64,000 nt of DNA. It comes from a virus (taxonomy: Duplodnaviria > Heunggongvirae > Uroviricota > Caudoviricetes). The notes beneath the pieces were generated by a model. The model saw nothing but the letters and a program-made list of their open reading frames with translations. It searched no databases and was not told the origin of the DNA. The stretch is from IMG/VR virus record IMGVR_UViG_3300043447_000086; one strand, 5' to 3'. Positions 18,547 to 27,899 of this stretch are shown piece by piece (position 1 is the stretch's first letter; each line of letters opens with the position of its first letter). The position numbers were made by a program, and so were the translations under genes.

Positions 18547-19095
18547 TTATGGATTGTTCTTGGAATGCGGTACATCGAAAACGAATGTAACACGAACACA
18601 GTCACCAATATTTTTAGTCCCATGTGGTAATTTATTATTGAACCAGAGTAATGTTCCAGGTTCTACTGTAACAGACTCATCTCCTACAGTGTATATGTAT
18701 CTGCCTTGAATAGACAGATGATAACGATCTCGAGTTTGGTAGTAACTACCAATATCGATGTGTTTTCCAACTTCGCCACCAACTGGAAGTGAAAGGAAAC
18801 CACAACGACTAAACTTTTTAAAGTTGCGTTTTAAGAATCGAACAACTTCAGTGTGTCTTTGTATTGCTGGAGTTGGAACACAAATCTCTGTGTCACCAAC
18901 GTATTGATCTATAGATTCTACACCACCCATAACAAGTTGTAGCACACCAGCTTCCACCTGAGGGAAACCACGATCAAGCATAGACTTAACCCCAGCAACA
19001 TTGAGTTGGCTTCCCCAGTCTTCTGGGTATGCGTTCAACTGTGCCAAAATCTTTGATACATTGATACCAGTTTTAATTATTCGGATATTATCCAA
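18547..19095 (-). CDS. Cupin-fold 2OG-Fe(II) oxygenase-like protein (Asp/Asn beta-hydroxylase-like)
   Basis: 182 aa with GKHIDIG ... LPHGTKNIG (HxD/H ... H metal triad). Confidence 0.5.
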   Translation of the reverse strand: MDNIRIIKTGINVSKILAQLNAYPEDWGSQLNVAGVKSMLDRGFPQVEAGVLQLVMGGVESIDQYVGDTEICVPTPAIQRHTEVVRFLKRNFKKFSRCGFLSLPVGGEVGKHIDIGSYYQTRDRYHLSIQGRYIYTVGDESVTVEPGTLLWFNNKLPHGTKNIGDCVRVTFVFDVPHSKNNP

Positions 19096-21577
19096 AGAAA
19101 TCCTCCAGCGAAGATTCTTCTTGAGTCTTCCAACCTAGCGGTTCGATGACAATCTGCAGCGCATCAAGAAAAACCTTTTCAAATTGTAAATCATAGTCTA
19201 TGTAGTCGTGCAGTCCAAGTTCTTTAGGCAACTCCTGCGGGAATGCAATAACATTCTCGTGGATTGGATTGGGTGTGCGCAAATAAACAAACTTAATCTT
19301 ATCACCGTCACGGATAGCCTGATACTTTTTATCAAGCCCATGGCGCTTACAATAATGATTGTATAACAAAGCACCACGCACTTGAATCGGTGTTCCCTTT
19401 TGATAGATAGGTGAGCCAGCATATTGCTTCACACCATTACAACTGCGAGGGAATGCGATATCTTCGATTGGAAGTTTATCGAACACCTTTCGGAAATCTG
19501 CCACATAATTATGTAGTGCTTTCTCTTCACCCAACAAGATAACATCAATAGAATCTTTCAGCTTGTCACGGATGACGGCTGGCGTAGATGACTTAACCAT
19601 CTCAAGACCCATAACCTTAATCTTAGGTTTAGCGAACTGAACACCCTCAGAGTTATGCACACGCAAGATGTAACGCTTCTTCGCAGTCCAGATACCTTTG
19701 TCGGCTAGAACCTCTCGCTTCATCTGCATCTTCTGAGCATACGCATTCATATATTGCGCAAGTTCGGTGTATCCAGAATCGATGAATGGTTGGAAAACAT
19801 CTTCGCAGATCTTGTCCATAAACTTGATCTTGCCGTTAGTGTCTTTATCCGCAGCAACAGTATCAACCAGCTTCTCTAGAGAAAGATAGATCGAGTCCGT
19901 ATCAATGGCAATAACATAATCTTGGTCAACAGTCTTTAGCGTCTTGTTCATAAACGCATTCAGTTTGTTGGACATCCAGCGAATGGACAACTGACCACTA
20001 GTTGTAATACCCTCAGCCATACGAATATCGAAGTAACGGAAATACTGATTGCCCATCGCACCGTAAGCAGAGTTTAGCGCAATCTTCATAGCCATCTGCA
20101 GGTTGTTCAGTCTGCTAATCTCTTTCAAAAGATTAACCTTGGACTTGTCGTTTTGATATTCCTGTTCAACCTTCAGCATCTGCTTCTTAAACTTACTACG
20201 GTTGGCGTACATCGTTTCCATCAACTCAGGCATAAAACCTTTGATGTCTTTACGATAACACCAGCCGTTGGCAGTAACAGCCAAGTCACGCTTGTGGCAG
20301 TAAGATGTATCAACTTCTTTGTTGAGCAACTTGTCAACCGTCACACTCAACTTTTCAGATGTTAGAGTTTCTGGTGAGATGTTGTACTGCATAATCAAGT
20401 GAGGATACAGTGAGTTCAAGTCAAAAGACGCAACCCACTTGTGACCACCGATGATTGGATCCTTAACGAATGCACCTTCAAACTGAGCATCTTTACCGCT
20501 GTGCGTCTTTTGTGGGATAACGATACCCTTTTTACGCAAGTGGTTATAGATGATAGTATCCCACATACGAACCTGAGAGTAAACATCCTCTGGATTGATC
20601 TTGGCATTGTAAGCCATGGTCAGATGCAGTTCAATCAAACGCATCTTATCTTCTAGTTTGTCAACCAACTCTACGTCGTGAATGTTATACTCTACGAATT
20701 GTTGCCAGTGGTCAGTATAAAAGTCTTTGAAAGACTCTCCAGGGTTTTCTTTCTTCTTGTCACCAAGTTCTTGCTCGGCAATGTAGTCAAGACGATAAGA
20801 CTCTTGCTTTTGATAGGTGTACTTCTTATAGAGTTCCAAATAGTCCAGCTGACTGATACCAAGAATGTCGTAATGAATTTCTTCGTTACCTTTGATAAAG
20901 GTTTTACGTTCGTTGATATAACGCCATGGGCTAATACGCTCGGCTTCTTTGTCACCAAGTTCACGAGAAATACGCCGAATCAGATATGGCATATCGAAGA
21001 AGTCCGTGTTCCAACCAGTCACAGCATCGGGATAACTCTTTTCCCAAAATGCCAAAAACTCCTGCAACAGATGACGTTCGTCGTTTGCATGGATATAGAT
21101 TAGATCTTCACGATTATGCACAAAGGTTTTAGAGCCAAACGTGATGATACGCTTGGACTGTAGATCCTTGACTGTGATCAGAAGAATTTCTTCATTGGCT
21201 GATCGGATATCTGGAAAGCCACCTTCTGTAGATGTCTCAATGTCAATGGTGAATACCTTGAACAACTCCATATCCCATTTGATATCATCGGGATACATAT
21301 CACTGATGTATTGGTATGAGTAGTTTGTGTTACCGTAAACATCAAAACCCTGTACACCTTCGTAACGCTTAACAAAGTCACGAGTCTCTTTGATGGTTCC
21401 AGGTTTTACTTCGTCAACAATAGTGCCTTCAAGTGTGCGCCACTTAGAAGAATCTTTCTTAGAAGTGACGTACAGCGTAGGGTAGAAATCCACCTTACGC
21501 TGATATGCTCGCCCCTTATCATACCCACGAACCAACATCTTGTCGCCCATTGGGTGAACGCTTGTATAAAATTCCAT
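19088..21577 (-). CDS. 43: DNA polymerase, family B (T4 gp43-like)
   Basis: Start trimmed to ATG at 21577 (MEFYTSVHPMGDKMLVRGY; T4 gp43 begins MKEFYISIE). Exonuclease motifs and polymerase motif C VIAIDTDSIY are present. About 829 aa. Confidence 0.9.
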   Translation of the reverse strand: MEFYTSVHPMGDKMLVRGYDKGRAYQRKVDFYPTLYVTSKKDSSKWRTLEGTIVDEVKPGTIKETRDFVKRYEGVQGFDVYGNTNYSYQYISDMYPDDIKWDMELFKVFTIDIETSTEGGFPDIRSANEEILLITVKDLQSKRIITFGSKTFVHNREDLIYIHANDERHLLQEFLAFWEKSYPDAVTGWNTDFFDMPYLIRRISRELGDKEAERISPWRYINERKTFIKGNEEIHYDILGISQLDYLELYKKYTYQKQESYRLDYIAEQELGDKKKENPGESFKDFYTDHWQQFVEYNIHDVELVDKLEDKMRLIELHLTMAYNAKINPEDVYSQVRMWDTIIYNHLRKKGIVIPQKTHSGKDAQFEGAFVKDPIIGGHKWVASFDLNSLYPHLIMQYNISPETLTSEKLSVTVDKLLNKEVDTSYCHKRDLAVTANGWCYRKDIKGFMPELMETMYANRSKFKKQMLKVEQEYQNDKSKVNLLKEISRLNNLQMAMKIALNSAYGAMGNQYFRYFDIRMAEGITTSGQLSIRWMSNKLNAFMNKTLKTVDQDYVIAIDTDSIYLSLEKLVDTVAADKDTNGKIKFMDKICEDVFQPFIDSGYTELAQYMNAYAQKMQMKREVLADKGIWTAKKRYILRVHNSEGVQFAKPKIKVMGLEMVKSSTPAVIRDKLKDSIDVILLGEEKALHNYVADFRKVFDKLPIEDIAFPRSCNGVKQYAGSPIYQKGTPIQVRGALLYNHYCKRHGLDKKYQAIRDGDKIKFVYLRTPNPIHENVIAFPQELPKELGLHDYIDYDLQFEKVFLDALQIVIEPLGWKTQEESSLEDFFG

Positions 21578-22149
21578 TAAACTTGTTTTCCGTACATTAA
21601 CATCATTGCATCCAACGCACAATCGTGCACAGGATGGTGCTTAATAACATTATGCCTTAAAAAGAGTGGGTGGTCAACTTCGCAATATCCATTAGTTGAA
21701 CCGTACATAATATCAACGGCAGTGCGTACATCACGCCATTGTGCGTAGTCTGTAATCTCTACTGCTCCAATTTTTACAGCAAGGGAGTCGATTACAAGTT
21801 GATCGAGTGAGCCACGTGCCCACATAGTTTGTTTCCTAGCATTCGGAAACTTATTCATATAGTTATGAAGGATATTAAGACCCTCTGCGGCAGTCACATC
21901 AGTGCTAGAAGGATCGAGCGATACACTCTTTACATACTCATGCTGATTTGCCCACCACTCAAGAGTAGATTTTGAAATAGTGCGACTATACTCGACAACC
22001 TGTTCCTTTGCTTTAAACTTTACAAAACAAGCATCATCAAGTAAGTCTTGATACGTTGGACGTTTCTCTGGGTCGAAATGAATCAAAGCTGCCGATAAAA
22101 CGACAGCATTTGATTCGACACCTAAACTCTCTATGTCAAAAATGAACAT
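21577..22149 (-). CDS. DEDDh 3'-5' exonuclease (DexA-like)
   Basis: 190 aa. Exo I motif MFIFDIESLG and Exo III motif HPVHDCALDA (H-x4-D). Confidence 0.6.
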   Translation of the reverse strand: MFIFDIESLGVESNAVVLSAALIHFDPEKRPTYQDLLDDACFVKFKAKEQVVEYSRTISKSTLEWWANQHEYVKSVSLDPSSTDVTAAEGLNILHNYMNKFPNARKQTMWARGSLDQLVIDSLAVKIGAVEITDYAQWRDVRTAVDIMYGSTNGYCEVDHPLFLRHNVIKHHPVHDCALDAMMLMYGKQV

Positions 22150-22478
22150 TAATATTCCTTAGGTTTATAACCAATCTCAGTGACAAAGACTTCCATCTTT
22201 TTATCATCACTCCATGGCTCTCCAAACTTACCATTGCAGTAATCGTTGTCTTCATTTACCAAAGCAAGAACTTCTTCTCTGGTCACTTCTCGAGAACCGA
22301 TGATCGTTTCACCAAGCCACTTCTGAGAGAACTCTTTCATCTCTTCCAGCGTTACAGTATCTTCTGCCCAAGTTACTGCAGAGCAAGGAAACTCGCCATC
22401 ATTATGATTATCGGGCACTTCAATAACATAGCGCATACGATACTGCGATAGTGTTTCAACTAAAACATACTTACTCAT
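22149..22478 (-). CDS. Hypothetical protein
   Basis: 109 aa ORF. Confidence 0.45.
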   Translation of the reverse strand: MSKYVLVETLSQYRMRYVIEVPDNHNDGEFPCSAVTWAEDTVTLEEMKEFSQKWLGETIIGSREVTREEVLALVNEDNDYCNGKFGEPWSDDKKMEVFVTEIGYKPKEY

Positions 22479-23070
22479 CTTCGCTCCTCATATTTTGTTT
22501 GCGTGCCTGATGTTCTGCTTCGTGTGTGTCACAAAGAGTACGAATCCAACCACCGCCACGTTGCACACCTTTGTTACCGCAAGTCTCGCAAGTTCGATGT
22601 GCCCAAGACTCAGCCATAGTTACCATACCAGAGATGTGTTCATCTCCACCATCATAATAGAAACGCAGTCCACCAAATTTCTCTTTGATCTGCGCAACAC
22701 GAATCCATTCAACACGTGGGATGATTTCGTGTGGAGTTGCCATAATATCATCTGCACGATCTTCGTCCCAATGATTTGGGGCTTTATCTTTGCAGATAAA
22801 CTTTAGCACAGCGTCACGACCCCTGTCACGTGCACGATCTAGGCGTAGTTGATATGCACGAGTACCACGCTTCCACTTAGTGTAGTGATCAATCTGACCA
22901 ATCAATGCTTTGATGATAGGATACCAACCTTCACCAATTGCAAACCCACCATATTGTTTACCCTCGCCAAAATAACGAGGGTATTCTTCAGCCATGTGCT
23001 TTTCAAATTCTTCGTAATTCATAACAACCCCAAATAGGTATATTCTATCGCCAATGGTGCTCTCGGTCAA
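22471..23070 (-). CDS. Hypothetical protein with C-terminal Cys/His cluster
   Basis: 199 aa with HRTCETCGNKG ... CDTHEAEH, a possible Zn-binding site. Confidence 0.45.
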   Translation of the reverse strand: MTESTIGDRIYLFGVVMNYEEFEKHMAEEYPRYFGEGKQYGGFAIGEGWYPIIKALIGQIDHYTKWKRGTRAYQLRLDRARDRGRDAVLKFICKDKAPNHWDEDRADDIMATPHEIIPRVEWIRVAQIKEKFGGLRFYYDGGDEHISGMVTMAESWAHRTCETCGNKGVQRGGGWIRTLCDTHEAEHQARKQNMRSEDE

Positions 23071-23269
23071 ATGTAATTCCGAGAACCTTGTGAATCAATT
23101 TGTCTTTAATCATATCAGGAACAGACACATAGGGATACTCTAGAATAAACGGACATCCTTTATCGTGTCCCCAACTATGATTGCTAAAAAATTCTCTAGC
23201 AGATTGAATGTCAGCTTTTTTATTTGGGTCGAAATACCGCTTTTGTCTCACAAGTGTTTCTAAAATCAT
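23045..23269 (-). CDS. Hypothetical protein
   Basis: 74 aa ORF. Confidence 0.4.
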   Translation of the reverse strand: MILETLVRQKRYFDPNKKADIQSAREFFSNHSWGHDKGCPFILEYPYVSVPDMIKDKLIHKVLGITFDREHHWR

Positions 23270-24585
23270 TTCACATCCTCAATAGAATCTGCAACGTCTT
23301 TATCGGAACGCACTTCAACAAAGATTGGAAGGAACAAAGATTCCTCGCCTTGTTTGTTTTTGATACGCATATTATATTTCACTGCAACAATTTTACCAAT
23401 GAGAGTATCACGAATAGCCCAAAGGTTATTTCGATGATCATCATTAAAACCAGAGCCAACAGAGACGGTAATACGCTTCCCGTCTTTGGATCTGCTTGCA
23501 CATACAATAGCACCCAGTTTTCCAGCGTACTTGCCAGTACCTTCTTCAACTGCGATAATTTCCAGGTCACACTCTAGCTCCCCTTTGAATTTAATCTGGT
23601 GCTTTGCACGTTTATCCTCCCAGATACCAGAACGATCTTTGAGGATAATACCTTCTTCACCACGAAGCAGCAGTTCTTCGAATAGTGCCTTTGCAGTATC
23701 GTAGTTCTCCACTTCCCAGCTTTGAACAACAGAAACCTTCTTAGGTTTGTGGGTGTTGACCAGAATATTCAATGAGTCCCAACGCTTTCCGTAAGGAACA
23801 TTACACTTACCTTCGGAGAATTGAATGAATGGAATTACATCCCAAACAGTCGCACGAACCTTGTGTGCTTCCAGATCAGAGATTGTTCCCTTGTTGGCTT
23901 TGTTCAGGATACCGTTACCAGTTTGACGATCTAGGATCAAACCCTTGTCTTTGACGATGAGTTCTCCATCGAACACGCAGTCGATGTCTCCAGCCAAAGC
24001 AATAAAATCTTCATCAAGATTTCCTAGCAGTTGGATTTCTTTGCCATTGCGAGAGCGGTATTCCACTTTGCCATTCCGAACGATTGCGTTGAACCGCATT
24101 CCATCCATTTTGGTTTGTGCCAGTGCTGGGTACTTTACCTTGTCCACTAGTTTCTGCTCGAACTGGCTGCACAACATCACTGGATACTCTTGGAGTAAGC
24201 CAGTCCACACTGCGTTTGCGGTTGAAATTGCTACCCCACATTTTAGATCCTTTTGAATGATACGTTCGATAACCTTAGCGTCATCAGCTGGCAGACCAGA
24301 AAGAATGGCACGCAGATGAGCAATAGCAGCGTTGCCTGTGACTTCCCGTGAAGAAAGGTAATACAGATTTTCTAGAGCCATCTCCAAACAAGTTTGATGC
24401 TCAGAGTCTTCTCCAACGAAAGTGTATTCTGGAATCTTACGGATGTAGAATTGAGTGAATGGATCTAGAGCCAAGCGCACAACTTCACGCAAGGTCGAGT
24501 TGTCACGATTCGCTTCCAGCTGCTCAATTTTGTAATTGCGAGAATTATTAGCAGCAAGCTGATTGAAAAAATCGTGTAGGTTCAT
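23266..24585 (-). CDS. 30: ATP-dependent DNA ligase
   Basis: 439 aa with motif I AQTKMDGMRF (KxDG adenylation lysine). Size and position resemble T4 gp30. Confidence 0.8.
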   Translation of the reverse strand: MNLHDFFNQLAANNSRNYKIEQLEANRDNSTLREVVRLALDPFTQFYIRKIPEYTFVGEDSEHQTCLEMALENLYYLSSREVTGNAAIAHLRAILSGLPADDAKVIERIIQKDLKCGVAISTANAVWTGLLQEYPVMLCSQFEQKLVDKVKYPALAQTKMDGMRFNAIVRNGKVEYRSRNGKEIQLLGNLDEDFIALAGDIDCVFDGELIVKDKGLILDRQTGNGILNKANKGTISDLEAHKVRATVWDVIPFIQFSEGKCNVPYGKRWDSLNILVNTHKPKKVSVVQSWEVENYDTAKALFEELLLRGEEGIILKDRSGIWEDKRAKHQIKFKGELECDLEIIAVEEGTGKYAGKLGAIVCASRSKDGKRITVSVGSGFNDDHRNNLWAIRDTLIGKIVAVKYNMRIKNKQGEESLFLPIFVEVRSDKDVADSIEDVK

Positions 24586-24776
24586 TTGCGTTTCAATTCT
24601 TTAAAGGTGCGATAGCGAGGATCAAATCCAATAGGTTTCTTGAATGTCTTCACAGAGCCAGTGTTAACATTGTAGAATGCGTAGAGTTTACGCTTGTCGT
24701 CAGACAGGTAGTAGATGTGATTGGCCACATCACCTACCCAGTCCTTAGTGGTTTCTTGGTATGCTTTCATTACCAA
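24582..24776 (-). CDS. Hypothetical protein
   Basis: 64 aa ORF, ATGA overlap. Confidence 0.4.
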   Translation of the reverse strand: MVMKAYQETTKDWVGDVANHIYYLSDDKRKLYAFYNVNTGSVKTFKKPIGFDPRYRTFKELKRK

Positions 24777-25237
24777 CTCGATTGGTAGTAGAAGTCAGTA
24801 CCCTTACCGAATGCGGGATCGTTCAAAACTTTCTCCAGTCTATCGGCAGTAAACTGCAGCTGTCCCATATACCACTCATCATACTCAGTGGAACCGAAAA
24901 AGAAACCACTGCGAGTGGGCAACAGTTCTTCAGCTTTCTTCGGGTCAGCAATAATCTGTCGGCAGATATCAATTAGCTCTTGCATCTGTTCACGGCTGAC
25001 CCATGCCTCTTGGCATTCATCTCGACCATCTTGACAGTTACGAACAAACCATTCGTGGATGGCATTGGCTTTGCGCCAGTAGGCTACACGGAAAGTTACT
25101 TCTTGTGCACCATAGTCTTCGTCTTCAATGCCAACGACACCAAAGATGTCATTGACTTTTTCAATTCGCTCAACGTCAGCCTTGTCGAAATACTTACTCA
25201 TATATTTCTTAGCCGAAAAGTACATATCGAGACCCAT
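24770..25237 (-). CDS. Hypothetical protein
   Basis: Track start 25255 is TTG. The ATG at 25237 has an AAGGAG Shine-Dalgarno 8 nt upstream, giving 155 aa. An early promoter sits upstream (25270..25297). Confidence 0.5.
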   Translation of the reverse strand: MGLDMYFSAKKYMSKYFDKADVERIEKVNDIFGVVGIEDEDYGAQEVTFRVAYWRKANAIHEWFVRNCQDGRDECQEAWVSREQMQELIDICRQIIADPKKAEELLPTRSGFFFGSTEYDEWYMGQLQFTADRLEKVLNDPAFGKGTDFYYQSSW

Positions 25238-25269
25238 AACAAAGCTCCTTTTCAATTCATCATAAGATA

Positions 25270-25297
25270 TATTATACCCTAATCTGCAAAAAAGTCA
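25270..25297 (-). promoter_or_regulatory. sigma70-type early promoter (TTGACT-N16-TATAAT)
   Basis: -35 at 25297..25292, -10 at 25275..25270. Preceded by a terminator hairpin (25313..25332) and the 16 nt palindrome (25337..25352). Confidence 0.55.
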
Positions 25298-25336
25298 ACA
25301 CCTAAATGACAAAACCCTACACTCGGTAGGGTCTTT

Positions 25337-25352
25337 AAAAGTAATACTTTAG
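25337..25352. repeat. 16 nt near-palindromic motif AAAAGTAATACTTTAG (copy 1 of 4; the others are at 34551..34566, 41202..41217 and 43931..43946)
   Basis: Exact 16-mer present four times, in either orientation. Each copy is at or overlapping the stop codon of a minus-strand gene and upstream of an early-type promoter. Confidence 0.7.
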
Positions 25353-25354
25353 GT

Positions 25355-25657
25355 TTACATTTTGATGGATCCAGCGGATACCACCTGAATACCAGAGCCA
25401 AAAACCCTACGATATTCATTTTCCATCTTTTCATCTGCACTAGCTTCGCTGGCAATTGCATGCTTAAAAAGATAAATCTTATCTTTTGCATATGGCATAT
25501 ATGGTGCAATACCAACGCCAACACCTTGAGCAGTTTGCTGCAACTGAATTGACGCTGGTTTATCTAAGAAATAACCAGCCTGTGAATCTGAAGTAACTTC
25601 ACTAATAACTTCTTCACCATTAATCAATTTGAACACTTTAATCATACTATTCCTCAA
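25355..25657 (-). CDS. Hypothetical protein
   Basis: 100 aa ORF. The stop at 25355 abuts the 16 nt palindrome. Confidence 0.45.
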   Translation of the reverse strand: MRNSMIKVFKLINGEEVISEVTSDSQAGYFLDKPASIQLQQTAQGVGVGIAPYMPYAKDKIYLFKHAIASEASADEKMENEYRRVFGSGIQVVSAGSIKM

Positions 25658-25850
25658 CTAATCTTTCAATAAAATCTGCAGCAGCATTTTGATCTTCAAA
25701 AAACTTAATAATAAACTTATCCAAGTCAATTGTATGATGCGCTGCAACCATTATGTATTTGTTTTTAAAAACAGATACTTTGAGATGCCATTCCCCTCTT
25801 CGCACTAAGACGAATGAAATTAGATTTGGGGATAGTCTTGCTCTCATCAT
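25647..25850 (-). CDS. Hypothetical protein
   Basis: 67 aa ORF. Confidence 0.4.
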   Translation of the reverse strand: MMRARLSPNLISFVLVRRGEWHLKVSVFKNKYIMVAAHHTIDLDKFIIKFFEDQNAAADFIERLVEE

Positions 25851-25906
25851 AGAAATTATTTAGGGGGATCAAAGTCCCCCTAAGTTTCTACGACGATTTA
25901 TTTTTT

Positions 25907-25981
25907 ATCACTAGGGTTTGGTGGAACTTTTCCATTCACCCAATCCCAGTCTTCGTCGGTCATTGGTATCCAGTTGTTCAT
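25907..25981 (-). CDS. Small hypothetical ORF (24 aa)
   Basis: MNNWIPMTDEDWDWVNGKVPPNPS. Its ATG overlaps the stop of the preceding small ORF (ATGA). Below the ORF-track size cutoff. Confidence 0.25.
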
Positions 25982-26124
25982 AATGTGAATCCCTTTCTTT
26001 CAGAATATCTTCTAGCCCAATGCTCTACATCAGCTGTAGATTGTGGATTCTTAGAAATGATATAATTTTCTAGAGGGGACTTTTGCTCAAATAACTTGGA
26101 CAGTTTCTTGAGCAAGTTTTTCAT
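25978..26124 (-). CDS. Small hypothetical ORF (48 aa)
   Basis: MKNLLKKLSKLFEQKSP..., chained by ATGA to the next small ORF. Confidence 0.3.
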   Translation of the reverse strand: MKNLLKKLSKLFEQKSPLENYIISKNPQSTADVEHWARRYSERKGFTL

Positions 26125-26190
26125 TTTACCTTACCTTGTTTGTAAGTTTTAAACTGGTTAATACCATCGGCAATACCTAGAATGATTTCT

Positions 26191-26697
26191 TTACAGGCTT
26201 TCAGCAGCTTTGTCATAACCATCCTCCTGTAGGAATTGCTTTCCCTTACCTGCCTTGACTGGAACCTTCTTAGCTTTTTGCTCTTCTGGAACTAGCTTGT
26301 CAAGTGCGATCTTGAGGATGCCGTTGAACAACTCAGCGTCTTTGACTTCATAAGAATCACCAAGAGCCCATGCACGAGTGAATGCACGGTTAGCAATACC
26401 TTTGAACACAAACGTTTCATCTGGTTCTACAGATTCAGAGTTACCTTTAACGATTAGCTTACCGCCATCGATAGTGATGTCGATTTCGTTTTGTGCGAAA
26501 CCAGCAACCGCAATCTCGATTGTGTAAGTATTACCGTTTTTACGGACGTTGAATGGAGGATAGTTTGGAATGTTTTTTGTCAAATCATCATGCAGTGCTT
26601 GCATGCGTTTGAATTGGTCATCGAAACCCAAGAAAAGTTTATCGATGTCTTTGAATGCATCTTGCGAAAAGAATGCAGGAACGAACTGTTTGTTCAT
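26191..26697 (-). CDS. Small heat-shock protein (Hsp20/alpha-crystallin family)
   Basis: 168 aa with an alpha-crystallin-like beta core (FNVRKNGNTYTIEIAVAGF ... GILKIAL). AGGAG Shine-Dalgarno upstream. Confidence 0.8.
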   Translation of the reverse strand: MNKQFVPAFFSQDAFKDIDKLFLGFDDQFKRMQALHDDLTKNIPNYPPFNVRKNGNTYTIEIAVAGFAQNEIDITIDGGKLIVKGNSESVEPDETFVFKGIANRAFTRAWALGDSYEVKDAELFNGILKIALDKLVPEEQKAKKVPVKAGKGKQFLQEDGYDKAAESL

Positions 26698-26923
26698 AGT
26701 TTTCTCCTATTAAGCGAGTTAATTAAATTGTAGTTACCCCGAAGGCATAACATGCTGGTTACTTTATCCAGCGACTACTACGAGAGTCAGTGCAATTGCT
26801 CGGACGCCTGTTACCGTAGACTTCAGAACGGATCCTAAGGTGGATTCTTAAATTCAGTACCTGTGGACATTTAACCAGCCTTCGCAGGTATGCTGGTTCC
26901 CATCCCGAGGGATGCAAATTTAT

Positions 26924-27100
26924 TTAGGCAGCTGGTGCTTCTGCTTTAGCAGCTTCAGCTTGGCGGACGATTTCTTCCACCTGTGGCTCACCTTGTTGTT
27001 TGATCTTTACGATAAGATTAGCAATCTCATCAAAGGGGTGCTTACCCAAAGAACGTAGAATAGTGTTTACTTCTTCAATAGTCAAATCAAGTTTAATCAT
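26924..27100 (-). CDS. Small hypothetical ORF (58 aa)
   Basis: MIKLDLTIEEVNTILRSLGKHPFDEIANLIVKIKQQGEPQVEEIVRQAEAAKAEAPAA. ATGA overlap with the regA stop. Confidence 0.35.
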   Translation of the reverse strand: MIKLDLTIEEVNTILRSLGKHPFDEIANLIVKIKQQGEPQVEEIVRQAEAAKAEAPAA

Positions 27101-27516
27101 TTTACCTTTTTCCCAATATTATATTTTGGCACAAGTTCCCATTGGTCTTTCTCTTTATAAGAGACCACTTTAATTTGAGACAGAGATGCTTTCTGTTCTG
27201 CCTGCTGTGTATTTAGAATCTTTAATAGATCCCAGTCAGCTAACAGTCCAGCAATTGCATTTCGTCTCTCGATATCACCGCTAGTGATATTCGATTCTTT
27301 ACCGTCCAAAGCAAACAATTCTTTGAAATGGACGATGAAATATCTACCCTGCTTATGTAAGATATGGCAGGATTGATACAATTTGTTTTCTTTTCTGGAT
27401 GCGATGCCGATGCGAGTAAGAGTCTCTCGAACCTTTAAAAAGTTATCTGGTTCTGGCAGCGTCACTTCAAGCATGGACTCAGGCGTCCAGTCGTAGTAAA
27501 TCATCTCTACAGACAT
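27097..27516 (-). CDS. regA: Translational repressor RegA
   Basis: 139 aa. DNFLKVRETLTRIGIASRKENKLYQSCHILHKQGRYFIVHFKE aligns with T4 RegA (DFLKVKETLTRMGIANNKDKVLYQSCHILQKKGLYYIVHFKE). Confidence 0.9.
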   Translation of the reverse strand: MSVEMIYYDWTPESMLEVTLPEPDNFLKVRETLTRIGIASRKENKLYQSCHILHKQGRYFIVHFKELFALDGKESNITSGDIERRNAIAGLLADWDLLKILNTQQAEQKASLSQIKVVSYKEKDQWELVPKYNIGKKVK

Positions 27517-27899
27517 TATTTTCCACCTTTATATAATTTTTCCTCTATCACTTTCAAGTCTTGTTCGGAGAGGATTAGCAACGCTTCCTTCGCCCTTTCG
27601 CTTGAATAGCCGAAATATTCTTTTACAAGAGCTAATGCCTCTGTCGTAGGTTCTTTTTTGACCCACTCGCTTCGACGTTTACCTTTTGTAATTGTATTTA
27701 GGAAAAAATTAAATTGCCACTTAGCTGGAATATACCAACGCTCATTCATTGCATTGGCTGGCATAATTGTATCTGGAAAATAACTAAATGCTTTGTTGAT
27801 GATCCACTTACTTTTATCGTACTCCTTTTCTGCTTGAGGGTCTTCTGCTAAAAGATTTTTCTTATAGTTAATAGCGTTGACAAAATCAAATGGGGACAT
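27516..27899 (-). CDS. 62: Clamp-loader small subunit (gp62-like)
   Basis: 127 aa, positioned between gene 44 and regA as in T4; ATGA coupling. Shorter than T4 gp62. Confidence 0.55.
   Translation of the reverse strand: MSPFDFVNAINYKKNLLAEDPQAEKEYDKSKWIINKAFSYFPDTIMPANAMNERWYIPAKWQFNFFLNTITKGKRRSEWVKKEPTTEALALVKEYFGYSSERAKEALLILSEQDLKVIEEKLYKGGK

Noticed and set aside
26698-26923. Possible tRNA in the ORF-free region upstream of hsp20
   Set aside because: No cloverleaf could be built. The GGTTCCCATCC segment violates the T-loop consensus (position 57 would be a pyrimidine), and no acceptor or anticodon stems pair.
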